The notes below the pieces were generated by a model. The model saw nothing but the letters and a program-made list of their open reading frames with translations. It searched no databases and was not told the origin of the DNA. This document shows, in pieces, positions 27,091-35,903 of a stretch of 64,000 nt of DNA. The stretch spans positions 11,067 to 75,066 of IMG/VR virus record IMGVR_UViG_2772190776_000003; one strand, written 5' to 3'. The stretch comes from a virus (taxonomy: Duplodnaviria > Caudoviricetes). The first letter of the stretch is position 1. The number at the start of each line of letters is the position of its first letter. Made by a program: the position numbers and the translations under genes.

Positions 27091-27804
27091 TCACTCGATT
27101 TCGTCTGCCTCGCGCCACAAGGGTTCAATGATCAAGCCTAAATTACCCATCAGACGACCATCATCTGGATAGATGAACCCTAGGGCATTGCTCGCACTCT
27201 GTAGCTTGGTCTGGATATCAGCTAGAGGTATGGTTCTTTCTTGGCCTAAGTGCTGCAATAGTTTTCTAGAACCATCAATTTTCTTAACGCGGTATGAGTA
27301 CCTGGCCCAGGTGTGATCTTGCTCAACAGCATGAATCTCGTTCACAGCGACCCGCAATTCATCAGGTACCGCCCCCAACTGCAAGACTGTGACCATAGTC
27401 TCGACGTCAGATAGAAGTTCTGGAAGACCGTGTCCGCTCTCTGCTCGATCAGTGAGGCCCTTGCTGAGGAAATTAGGATTAGGTTTGCCCAACTTCTCAC
27501 GATATTTCTGAATTTCGATTCCTAGCTGTAGTGGGGCTTTGAGCAGTAACTCGGCTGCGTGACGTTGAAGAAAGAAGATAGGCAGGCTATGGTGATCCAA
27601 AGTCTCCTCATGCAAGGACACCTTTAACAAGGTGCTAGCCGCATGCAAATAGGCCTGTGCATAGTTTGGAGTACGAAATCCCCCGATTCGAGCGATCCCC
27701 ACAGACAAGTCTGCTTTCGCTAGCTCTGGAGATTTCCCCCAAATCAATACGTTGGAAGGTTCTGAATCCTTAGGTAAATACAGCGGTTCTTGCAATTGCG
27801 ACAT
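27091..27804 (-). CDS. HEPN-like hypothetical protein (terminal moron)
   Basis: LPIFFLQRHAAELLLK...HGLPELL...WARY helical pattern; lower GC; GGAG RBS. Confidence 0.6.
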   Translation of the reverse strand: MSQLQEPLYLPKDSEPSNVLIWGKSPELAKADLSVGIARIGGFRTPNYAQAYLHAASTLLKVSLHEETLDHHSLPIFFLQRHAAELLLKAPLQLGIEIQKYREKLGKPNPNFLSKGLTDRAESGHGLPELLSDVETMVTVLQLGAVPDELRVAVNEIHAVEQDHTWARYSYRVKKIDGSRKLLQHLGQERTIPLADIQTKLQSASNALGFIYPDDGRLMGNLGLIIEPLWREADEIE

Positions 27805-27813
27805 AGGTGCTCC

Positions 27814-28605
27814 TCAAAACAGACCTGCAGGCTCAGCTTCTCTGTCCCAACTATAGATGACCAGTTCGCCGCGCTCGACGCGGTTGGCGGCGCCGCCTAC
27901 GGTGTAGTCCAGCTTCAGGGCTTCCATCTCAAAGTCTTTGAAGCATTCACGGATGGCTGGGTGGTCGTTGATGCTGACCACGGCCTTACCCTTGATGGCC
28001 TTGAGCTTCTTGGCCATCAGCTCGTACTGCTCCCAGGGGAACGGCACGCCGTAGCCTTCGGTTTGCCAGTAAGGCGGGTCTAGATAGAAGAGCGTGTGGG
28101 CGCGGTCGTAGCGGTCGATGCAGGTGGCCCAGTCCAGTTGCTCTATATAAGTACCGGCTGCCATTCTGAGGTGGGCGGCCGAGAGGTTCTCTTCAATACG
28201 CAGCAAGTTGATGGCCGGGGCCGTGGTGGCAGTGCCGAAGGTCTGGCCTGCCACCTTGCCCCCGAAAGACTGCTGCTGCAGGTAGAAGAACCGGGCAGCG
28301 CGCTGGATGTCGGTCAGGGTTTCGGGGCGGGTGTCCTGCAGCCATTTGAAGACCTGGCGGCTGGTCAGCGCCCATTTGAACTGGCGCACGAACTCTTCCA
28401 GATGGTGCGTCACTACTCTATATAGATTGACGAGGTCGCCATTGACGTCGTTGAGCACCTCGACGTCGGCCGGATGGCGGGCAAAGTAGACGGCCGCGCC
28501 GCCTGCAAACACTTCGACGTAGCAGTCATGCGCTGGAAAGCGCTTGAGCAGCATGTCCACCAGACGGCGCTTGCCGCCGATCCAAGGAATGATGGGGTTG
28601 GTCAT
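27814..28605 (-). CDS. DNA N6-adenine methyltransferase (D12/Dam class)
   Basis: PWIGGK, YVEVFAGGAAV, NDVNGDLVN, FYLDPPY. Confidence 0.93.
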   Translation of the reverse strand: MTNPIIPWIGGKRRLVDMLLKRFPAHDCYVEVFAGGAAVYFARHPADVEVLNDVNGDLVNLYRVVTHHLEEFVRQFKWALTSRQVFKWLQDTRPETLTDIQRAARFFYLQQQSFGGKVAGQTFGTATTAPAINLLRIEENLSAAHLRMAAGTYIEQLDWATCIDRYDRAHTLFYLDPPYWQTEGYGVPFPWEQYELMAKKLKAIKGKAVVSINDHPAIRECFKDFEMEALKLDYTVGGAANRVERGELVIYSWDREAEPAGLF

Positions 28606-28759
28606 TGATCTCAGCTTTCGGCACTCGGTGGTGCTCTTTTGGGGCGCTCTGGGCGCTCAGCTGATTGAATGCCCCACAGCGGGGGCACTTGATGGTCAGG
28701 CGGATGTACTCGCCTTCGGCCAGTTTGCGGCGGCAGTTGCCGCAGCGTATTTCAGTCAT
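28526..28759 (-). CDS. com: Com-family zinc-finger translational regulator
   Basis: IRCGNCRRKLA...IKCPRCG; overlaps the methylase start as in Mu com-mom. Confidence 0.88.
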   Translation of the reverse strand: MTEIRCGNCRRKLAEGEYIRLTIKCPRCGAFNQLSAQSAPKEHHRVPKAEINDQPHHSLDRRQAPSGGHAAQALSSA

Positions 28760-28904
28760 TGCAAGCCCGTTTCAACTATTGAAAGGTGATAGGCTCACCG
28801 CACTCTGATCAGGGTGGCGGGTCTTGCCTGGCTTGCAGGTCTACTCTGCAGGTTGGGGGCTTGGCCAGGTGTTCGTAGCACCTGACCAGGTCGCCCGTCT
28901 TTTT

Positions 28905-31076
28905 TTATGCCCGGCTCACCTCCCATGCCACGGCCTGGTGGCTGTATTTCCCCCCTTGTTCGCAGTCCAGCACGATGCGCAGGCTGGTGAAGGGGCCGCC
29001 GTCGGCGGTCTCGTCGGCCGTGCTGTAGGTTTTACTGGTTCCGGTCAGGCCGCTGTAGGTGCGGCGCAAGGTGGCTCCGGTGTAGATGCGCAGGCGGTAG
29101 GTCAGGCCGGCGCCGGTGCCCACGCTGGCGGCGTTGGCGTCGATCAGCTCGTCGCTTTGGATGATGCGGTCGCGGTGCGCCCAGCTGACGGTCAGCTCCC
29201 CAGTGATGGTGGCTGGCCAAGCCTGGCCATTGATGCGCAGCTGGCCCGGTGGGTATGGCTTGGCAGCGCGGCCTTGCACGGCGGTGGTGTCAAACGGGGC
29301 GATGGCCATGTCCAGAATGCCGCTGCCCGTGCGGGTCAACACCTTGGTTTGCACCTGCACGCCCTGGGTGTATTCCACCTCGGCGGCCGCGCTGAAGTCG
29401 TCATAAAACCAGATGCGAGTGCCTTCGGCATGGGCCACGGGCACCGTGTCTACGCAGCCTCGGCCGAAAGTGCACAGGCCCGTGAGCGGGTTGATGGCAT
29501 CCACCCGCACAATTTCTTCGCCCAGCAGTGCGGCGGTGCCCACGCGCACTTCCCCGAGACCGTTGCCACCGACCAGTTGCACGGCCGTGGTGCCAGGCGC
29601 GATGCCCGTGGCCAGCAAGGCGCTGGGGCAGTAAGCCCCGTCGATGGCGGTGGTGGAAAACTCAGCCGGTGCCACGCGGGTGGCCACCTCATAGGCCATG
29701 GCCATGGCGGTCGGTGCCACGGCCGCCACCATCAGCATGCCCGCTGTCGGGTCTTGGGCTTGTACCTCGGCAGCGCCCAGCTGCTGCACCAGTTCCCGGT
29801 ACGGTGCCTCAAACACGCGGCGCAGTGTGGTGGCCACGGGTTCGGTCGACGGCGCGGTGTAGCCCGGTGGCTCGGGCTGGACGTAGGCTGTGCCGTGCAG
29901 GCCAAATATGTCCTGCACGGCGGTGATGGTGACCGTGCCCTCGGTCAAGGTGCCGTATTCGCAGCGGCCGGCGCGCAGCACCATGCGGGCAATGCCGCGC
30001 TTGGCATCGCTGATGGCAAAGACGCTGCCGGGCATGATGTCGGCCCCTCTGCGGTCAAAGCGCAGCTTGAACTTGCGCACAAAGCCACTGCCAGCGCGGC
30101 GCTCACGCTCGGCCACGCGCTGGGCCAGATCCACGGTGGGGATGCCGAAAAAGTCTTTGGTGCTGGTGTTGGTGACACCGCCTGCGGCGTGGATGGCCCC
30201 CAAGTTCTTGGCGCGCACCTGCCGGTCTTGCTTGGTGACAGGGTCGCGGAATTTGACGATGACTTCGTTGACGCCACCGGTCTGGCTGGCGGATTCGTCC
30301 TCATCCACGCCCAGCAGGCCGTTGTCGTAGGTGAAGTGGGGCAATTCGGCCACGTTGTAGTCATCGCGGATGGGCTTGAGCACAACCAGCCCCGTGCGGC
30401 GGCTGGTGTAGAAGGTGGCGCCCGCGTGGTCGAGCACGCTTTGGGCGAACTTATCAATATCGTCCTGGCGCGACCATTTCAGGCACAGGCCCATGCCTTC
30501 GCCGTGGAACACATCGGCGGCGGCACGCCAGCTGGCGTCGTCCAGCCGGGCGCTGGCCAAGCCCCGCCCCATGCGGGGGTCGGTGAAGGCCTGGTACAGG
30601 ATGTGCGCCGGGTTCATGGCGTGAACAGCACCGCCGCCCAGCACAACACGCGCTTTATCGGCATACCAGGCGGCGCCGCCATGCCAGCCCTGCAGGGTGC
30701 GGCGCACGCGGAAGGCCCAAGGCTTGGGGTATGGACTCATGGCACAGATCAGCCCGTCGTAGAAAACCGTGACCACGCCCCGGAAAGCGGGCACCAGGCC
30801 GCCGAGCATGCGGGCCAGCCTGGCATGTACCGGCTGGGTGGGGCCGCCCATCAGCACGGCCAGCGTGCCTTGGATGCCGCCTTCCTTTTCTTCACCACCG
30901 AACAGGTTGGGCTTGTTGATATAGACCTCGGTGTTGCCCGTGATGCTGCCTTGGAAGGCCGTTTTGTCGCCCACGCGGATTGCCACGATTTCATCGTAGG
31001 GGCCACGGCCCAAGGCCATGTGCACGCCCATGAAGTAGCGGTGGCCAATGGTGGATTTCTTCTTTTTACCCCCCAT
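28905..31076 (-). CDS. Tail tip / central fibre protein
   Basis: MGGKKKKSTIGHRYFMGVH start, LFGGEEKEGG, MNPAHILY; last gene of the tail module. Confidence 0.8.
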   Translation of the reverse strand: MGGKKKKSTIGHRYFMGVHMALGRGPYDEIVAIRVGDKTAFQGSITGNTEVYINKPNLFGGEEKEGGIQGTLAVLMGGPTQPVHARLARMLGGLVPAFRGVVTVFYDGLICAMSPYPKPWAFRVRRTLQGWHGGAAWYADKARVVLGGGAVHAMNPAHILYQAFTDPRMGRGLASARLDDASWRAAADVFHGEGMGLCLKWSRQDDIDKFAQSVLDHAGATFYTSRRTGLVVLKPIRDDYNVAELPHFTYDNGLLGVDEDESASQTGGVNEVIVKFRDPVTKQDRQVRAKNLGAIHAAGGVTNTSTKDFFGIPTVDLAQRVAERERRAGSGFVRKFKLRFDRRGADIMPGSVFAISDAKRGIARMVLRAGRCEYGTLTEGTVTITAVQDIFGLHGTAYVQPEPPGYTAPSTEPVATTLRRVFEAPYRELVQQLGAAEVQAQDPTAGMLMVAAVAPTAMAMAYEVATRVAPAEFSTTAIDGAYCPSALLATGIAPGTTAVQLVGGNGLGEVRVGTAALLGEEIVRVDAINPLTGLCTFGRGCVDTVPVAHAEGTRIWFYDDFSAAAEVEYTQGVQVQTKVLTRTGSGILDMAIAPFDTTAVQGRAAKPYPPGQLRINGQAWPATITGELTVSWAHRDRIIQSDELIDANAASVGTGAGLTYRLRIYTGATLRRTYSGLTGTSKTYSTADETADGGPFTSLRIVLDCEQGGKYSHQAVAWEVSRA

Positions 31077-31320
31077 GGTTGCTCTCCTGTTGGGCCGCAG
31101 CGGCGGCTTCGGCGGCCGCCACCGCGTGGGCGTGCTCGACCAGGCGCAGGGCCAAGGCATCGCCCGTGGCGATCAATACGGACGCATCCAGCCCGTGGGC
31201 CACAAAGTCTGCCCAGTTCAGGCCATGGGCCGCAAACCATTGGCGGCTGCCCTTGGCGCAGTAGCCGGTGCTGCCCTTGTAGTCGGGCACGCTGTAGAGG
31301 TGTTGGGTGGTGATCAGCAT
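31066..31320 (-). CDS. Small conserved tail-region protein
   Basis: GYCAKGSRQWFAAHGLNWADFVAHG...ATGDALA. Confidence 0.7.
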   Translation of the reverse strand: MLITTQHLYSVPDYKGSTGYCAKGSRQWFAAHGLNWADFVAHGLDASVLIATGDALALRLVEHAHAVAAAEAAAAAQQESNHGG

Positions 31321-31338
31321 GGCGCTCTTTCCGGGCAT

Positions 31339-31554
31339 TTAGCGGCGGATGGGTGTGGTGCGGTAGTTGCCAACGCCCACCACCGTCCAGTCTTCAATCC
31401 ACACATCGCCAAAAATGAAGCACTGGGGGGTGCCTTCTTTGGCCTGGGGAAAGTCAAAGTCTTCAAACGCGGCAGGCCGTGGGGCTTGCGTTTTGGGGCG
31501 CGTGGCGTAGCTGATGATGGCGCTGACCACAAAGATGGCGAGTTGTACCCACAT
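31339..31554 (-). CDS. Small tail assembly protein
   Basis: TM N-terminus followed by FDFPQAKEGTPQCFIFGDVWI. Confidence 0.75.
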   Translation of the reverse strand: MWVQLAIFVVSAIISYATRPKTQAPRPAAFEDFDFPQAKEGTPQCFIFGDVWIEDWTVVGVGNYRTTPIRR

Positions 31555-31563
31555 GGCGCTTCC

Positions 31564-32382
31564 TTAAAAAACGGGATCACCGTCAAACGGTGATTTGCCG
31601 GGCATGTGCCGAAAGCCGCCATAGTTGTCCATATTGGCAAACCGCCCGTGGCACATGGCGCTGGTGCCGTTGCAGCCTGGGTACAGCGTGACATTGCCGC
31701 CCACTGCCAGCCCGGCCGTGCCGCCCAGCAAAGAGAGCTTTTGCCCGACCTCGGTATCAATGCCACGGCGCTCGGTGCGGCCGCTGAGCTGCCACTCGAT
31801 AAAACCGCCCGCATAAGTACCCGCTCCGGCCGCGTTGTGCACGATGGCCGCACCGTCCAGGCTGGTGATGGTGGCCGTTTTGGCATGCAGCACGCGACTG
31901 ACCTTGCACTGCGCGTCGTACACGGTGTGTGGACAACTGCGCTGGTAGGTCAGCTTCAGCCCTGGGCGGCGCATGCTGGCGGACAGGGTTTCACAGCTCA
32001 GCTCGCAGCGGTCATCCTGGGGCCAGCGCACACCCGAGATAGAGCCCACCCAGACCACTTCGCTGTCGGCCGCCGTGCTGCCCAGGCCGTGGTGGGTGTC
32101 GCGGATGGTCACAAACACTTCGTCCGAGGGAGGCACAGTACGCCATGGCACGGCCACGGCCAAATCCGCTGCTGCGGTGATGCGCAGCGTGTCGGCGCTG
32201 GCCTCGCCCGTCATGCGGATGCCATCGTCGCTGATGGCCGCAGGCTGGTAGGTGATGCCCAGCAATTGGACGGCACGGTCTGCCGTGCAGTAGGCCCAGC
32301 GCTGGTTGCCGCCCAGCTCGAACAGGTACAGACGCACGGGTGCGCCGTCTGCAATGCTTTTTTCACGTGCTGCAAAGCTCAT
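31564..32382 (-). CDS. BR0599/DUF2163-family tail protein
   Basis: YQRSCPHTVYDAQC and YPGCNGTSAMCHGRFANMDNYGGF Fe-S-type motifs. Confidence 0.85.
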   Translation of the reverse strand: MSFAAREKSIADGAPVRLYLFELGGNQRWAYCTADRAVQLLGITYQPAAISDDGIRMTGEASADTLRITAAADLAVAVPWRTVPPSDEVFVTIRDTHHGLGSTAADSEVVWVGSISGVRWPQDDRCELSCETLSASMRRPGLKLTYQRSCPHTVYDAQCKVSRVLHAKTATITSLDGAAIVHNAAGAGTYAGGFIEWQLSGRTERRGIDTEVGQKLSLLGGTAGLAVGGNVTLYPGCNGTSAMCHGRFANMDNYGGFRHMPGKSPFDGDPVF

Positions 32383-34088
32383 GCCACCTCCAGGTCATCA
32401 CGTACACCGCGCAGGGTGATGGCACAGCGCGCCACACCGTCTTGGTCAGTCAAATGTTCCAGCTCGATGTCGTCGCTGGCTAGACGGCACAGCGCCATAT
32501 AGCTGATGCGTGCCACTTGGCCAGGCTGGATGACACCGGGGAAGTCGGCATCCACCACCAGCTCTTCGATGGGGCCGCGCGCCACGGCCGCTGTGATGCG
32601 CCGCATGAGCACACTGCCGTCGGCCAACTCGATGCGGATGTCTTGGCGGCCCAACTGGCCCACCCCAAACCGGGCATAGCCCACACGCTGCACCTTGAGC
32701 AATGACCCAGAAAGCGGCTCTACGGGCACCAAGTCCTGCGCATGCGTGGGCAGCCAGATGGATTTGGCACGGCCTTGGAGTGCGTAGAGCAAGCTGCGCC
32801 AGGCGCTGTGCTCAGCCCGCCCTGCCAAGCACCAGCGGTGTTGCTGCAGCACAAAGCCCTTGCCAGCGGTATCGGTGACGGCGGTATTGCCTGTCGTGTT
32901 GTCCAGCAAGAGCGTTAGGCGCTCATAGCTGTGTGACAGGTCGGTGGACTCGTCGGGCCGCTGGGCAAAGACCGGGCGCCCCCGGTACAGGGTGCTGGGC
33001 AGCGCAGCGGGCCAGTTAGCAGACTCGGTCAGCTCAAAGCTGCAATCGACCTGCAGCAGTGCATCGGTGCGGCGGGTGGTTTGTGGCATTTCTGTCAGGC
33101 GGGCACTGCGCAGCGGGTACAGCTTGGTGCCAGCGGGCCAGGTGGACTGCGTAACCCGCTTGAGCGTGAGGCCGGCTGCGGTCATGTCCAGAATTTCCAC
33201 GGCCTCGGTGTCAAAGGCGGTCTCGCCGCGCAGCAAGGCCAGGCCACCCACGCGGAAGTCACGGCCCGTGGTGTCGCAGGCAATGGCGCTGCTGCCTGCA
33301 GGCAGCGCGGCATCCAGCTGCAGCACATCCACCCACACTGGCAGGGCCCAGACGCGGCGGCCCCAGCCCGCCATGGACAGGTCAAACAAGGCCCGCTCGG
33401 CGCCTTCGGCCGTAAAGCTGGCCTGCCAGCCCTTGCGTGGCGCGGCACGCAGGCTGCGGCGTTGCTCGGCCCCCCGGTTGTTGGCCAGGATGTTGGTCAG
33501 CCATGAAAGCGTCTCCAGCAGCGGAGACGACCAGTTGGGCGCAAAGCCCCAGGGCACAATGCGGTTGCCCGTCAAATGCAAAGGCCGGGTCGATGCGCCG
33601 TCAAACAGCCACCCTACATAGGCATCCAGCACGGCCGGCCCGTCTGGCGTCACCGCAACCAGCCAATTCGTCTCCTGCATTGCGGAGAGCACCATGGGCA
33701 AAGCTGCAGGCGGGGTGATCTCAATGCCTTCGTCGACGCCGTCCAGCCCGATGACCGTCTTGGGTGACAGATACGCGTTCCAGACGCGCACGGTGGACAC
33801 CTGCGTGCTCACGACATTACCCAGTGCCAACGCAATCGGAGTGATGTAGATCCGGTTGTAATAGTCGGCGCTGTAACTCCCCCCCACTTCCCCTTGCACT
33901 GGGCGAGCATTCGCGCAGACAGGCCAGGCCGTGACTACGGGACGCGGCAGAAACAATGGTAGGGACGATGCGTGCGGTGGCCACGAGATCGCCCCCTCCC
34001 CATCAAACGCAGTCAACTCCCCTGCGAGATAGGGATTGGAGGCACCGCCCGTCCCGCTGATGGATAGAAATCCGGTAACGACAGCCAT
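32379..34088 (-). CDS. Tail/virion structural protein
   Basis: DYYNRIYI, GAEQRRSLR motifs; position in the D3112/B3-type tail module. Confidence 0.75.
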   Translation of the reverse strand: MAVVTGFLSISGTGGASNPYLAGELTAFDGEGAISWPPHASSLPLFLPRPVVTAWPVCANARPVQGEVGGSYSADYYNRIYITPIALALGNVVSTQVSTVRVWNAYLSPKTVIGLDGVDEGIEITPPAALPMVLSAMQETNWLVAVTPDGPAVLDAYVGWLFDGASTRPLHLTGNRIVPWGFAPNWSSPLLETLSWLTNILANNRGAEQRRSLRAAPRKGWQASFTAEGAERALFDLSMAGWGRRVWALPVWVDVLQLDAALPAGSSAIACDTTGRDFRVGGLALLRGETAFDTEAVEILDMTAAGLTLKRVTQSTWPAGTKLYPLRSARLTEMPQTTRRTDALLQVDCSFELTESANWPAALPSTLYRGRPVFAQRPDESTDLSHSYERLTLLLDNTTGNTAVTDTAGKGFVLQQHRWCLAGRAEHSAWRSLLYALQGRAKSIWLPTHAQDLVPVEPLSGSLLKVQRVGYARFGVGQLGRQDIRIELADGSVLMRRITAAVARGPIEELVVDADFPGVIQPGQVARISYMALCRLASDDIELEHLTDQDGVARCAITLRGVRDDLEVA

Positions 34089-34093
34089 ACTTG

Positions 34094-35029
34094 TCAACCC
34101 GGCAGATAGCGTATGGCCCAACCGAATGTACCGGTGTGATCTATGTAGCTCCCTCCATTGCGAACACTGGCATTCTTGCGATACGCGGGGAATACCATCC
34201 ACTGGTCACTGCCCAGCGTGATCACCTGACCAGGCACGTAGTTGTCAATGCGTACATAGCGCGCATGCCGCACGCTCAGCACCAGGCTCCAGAAATTCTC
34301 CGGCCGTCGTTGATACACGTGGATGGGCACCAGAACGGATTCCTGATTCCACGCGCTCGGCGATCTCTGGATCAGCGGAGCAGCGCCATAGAGTGCGCTA
34401 ATTGCTCCCACGTTGGTGCCGACGCTAGCGCCAGCCCAATCTCCATCTATGCCGCTATAGACGGCCTGACATCGGTAGAGAAAATTACCACCGTTGGTGC
34501 CACTAGATTCCCAGAAAATGAGCCCGGAATGATTCCCTGGGTAGCTATAGCCCCCTCCAGCACCTTCAGTGATAACTATCTTCGGATATGACAAGTTGTA
34601 GTACCCACCATATGAACTGGCAGACACCCAAGGGCCTTGCTGCCGTGCCGATGATCCAAACGCCAGCCAGTAGTGGCGGTCCACGTTGAACTGCAGCACC
34701 ATGAAAACCTCATCCGGTTCACTGCACACGAACAAGTGGTAGATAGCCGGCCACGTCACAGCCTCCAGTCCGGCATTGGCTCTGCCCAGCCTGGGTATGC
34801 ATCCACTGCCACCGGTGATTGCAGCGCCACTGCTTCCCGTACCAACCTCCAACAGCAGTCCCATTCCAGTGTTCGCAGTCTCCGTGGTACTGACATAGGG
34901 GCGCACGAATGCCAGGCCTTTGCTCAGGATGGAGTCTGACCAGGACCAGCCGTTGTCGACGCAGCCATTGACCAGCGCGGTGTGCAGATCCTCGAAACTC
35001 GATACGCTGCCCGTGTAATAGTTCGCCAT
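34094..35029 (-). CDS. Virion structural protein (paralogue of the upstream gene)
   Basis: 311 aa, glycine/aromatic-rich, coupled to neighbours. Confidence 0.7.
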   Translation of the reverse strand: MANYYTGSVSSFEDLHTALVNGCVDNGWSWSDSILSKGLAFVRPYVSTTETANTGMGLLLEVGTGSSGAAITGGSGCIPRLGRANAGLEAVTWPAIYHLFVCSEPDEVFMVLQFNVDRHYWLAFGSSARQQGPWVSASSYGGYYNLSYPKIVITEGAGGGYSYPGNHSGLIFWESSGTNGGNFLYRCQAVYSGIDGDWAGASVGTNVGAISALYGAAPLIQRSPSAWNQESVLVPIHVYQRRPENFWSLVLSVRHARYVRIDNYVPGQVITLGSDQWMVFPAYRKNASVRNGGSYIDHTGTFGWAIRYLPG

Positions 35030-35901
35030 CAGTCATCCATCCTTACCGCGTAGTAATCAATGTGGCCAGTGCGCGCCACGTCCTGCATCACAACGTGGGT
35101 AACGCCGTCGATCTCCACCGTGTTCTCCACAGCGTTGTTGAACCCGCTGATGTGATAGACGCCATCCAACTCGCCAAAAATTCCGCTGGCGGCGTCGCTC
35201 AGCACAACAGGAGTGAGCGGATAGACCCCATCCGTATCCCGCGCCTTGTTGGTTGATCCGCACAGCTGGGCGTTGCACCACGGGTATGCCTCTGGGGTTT
35301 TCCACGTGCCGTCGTTAAAACGCATACGCATGTTGTTCCATGTACCGCTACCCACCGCACGGCCTGATCCACCCTTGACCCAACAGCTGTGCGCCGTATC
35401 ACTGAACCGCGTGGTGGCCTCGCCATTGAGCATCCCCCCCACCACCATCGGGTAGGGATACTGGCTGGGCCTGGCATAGGGAAACATCTTGCCGATGTAC
35501 ATCGACTCATAGACCGGGGTGCCCACCTTCATGGCCAGCACCAGCCGCTGGCCGTTGAGGGTGAGCCAGTAGTCAATCCGCTGGTTATGGGCCGGGACAC
35601 CGCTCAAGATGACGCCAGGCTGGGCAGTGAAAGCCGCGCCGGGGACATGGCCGGTGAAGCCCGCAGCAGTCAGGTTGTAAAAGTCGGAATTGGCGTTGTC
35701 ATAGGTACGCATCCCCACAAAAATCTCTTCGGTGCCCGACAGGCCTGGCGCTTTGAGCAGCAGTTCGTGCTGGGCCTGCGTGGTGTCAAAGCGCAGCACT
35801 GTCCAGCCGTGTGCGGCCGCGAACGTGGCCACCACTTCCAGCATCTTCTGGTGGGCCAGCTTGCCGCCGCCCGCCTCTACAAATCCAATTTGATGGGGCA
35901 T
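35029..35901 (-). CDS. Virion structural protein
   Basis: PYARPSQYPYPMVVGG, GELDGVYHISGFNNAVEN. Confidence 0.75.
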   Translation of the reverse strand: MPHQIGFVEAGGGKLAHQKMLEVVATFAAAHGWTVLRFDTTQAQHELLLKAPGLSGTEEIFVGMRTYDNANSDFYNLTAAGFTGHVPGAAFTAQPGVILSGVPAHNQRIDYWLTLNGQRLVLAMKVGTPVYESMYIGKMFPYARPSQYPYPMVVGGMLNGEATTRFSDTAHSCWVKGGSGRAVGSGTWNNMRMRFNDGTWKTPEAYPWCNAQLCGSTNKARDTDGVYPLTPVVLSDAASGIFGELDGVYHISGFNNAVENTVEIDGVTHVVMQDVARTGHIDYYAVRMDD

Positions 35902-35903
35902 GT

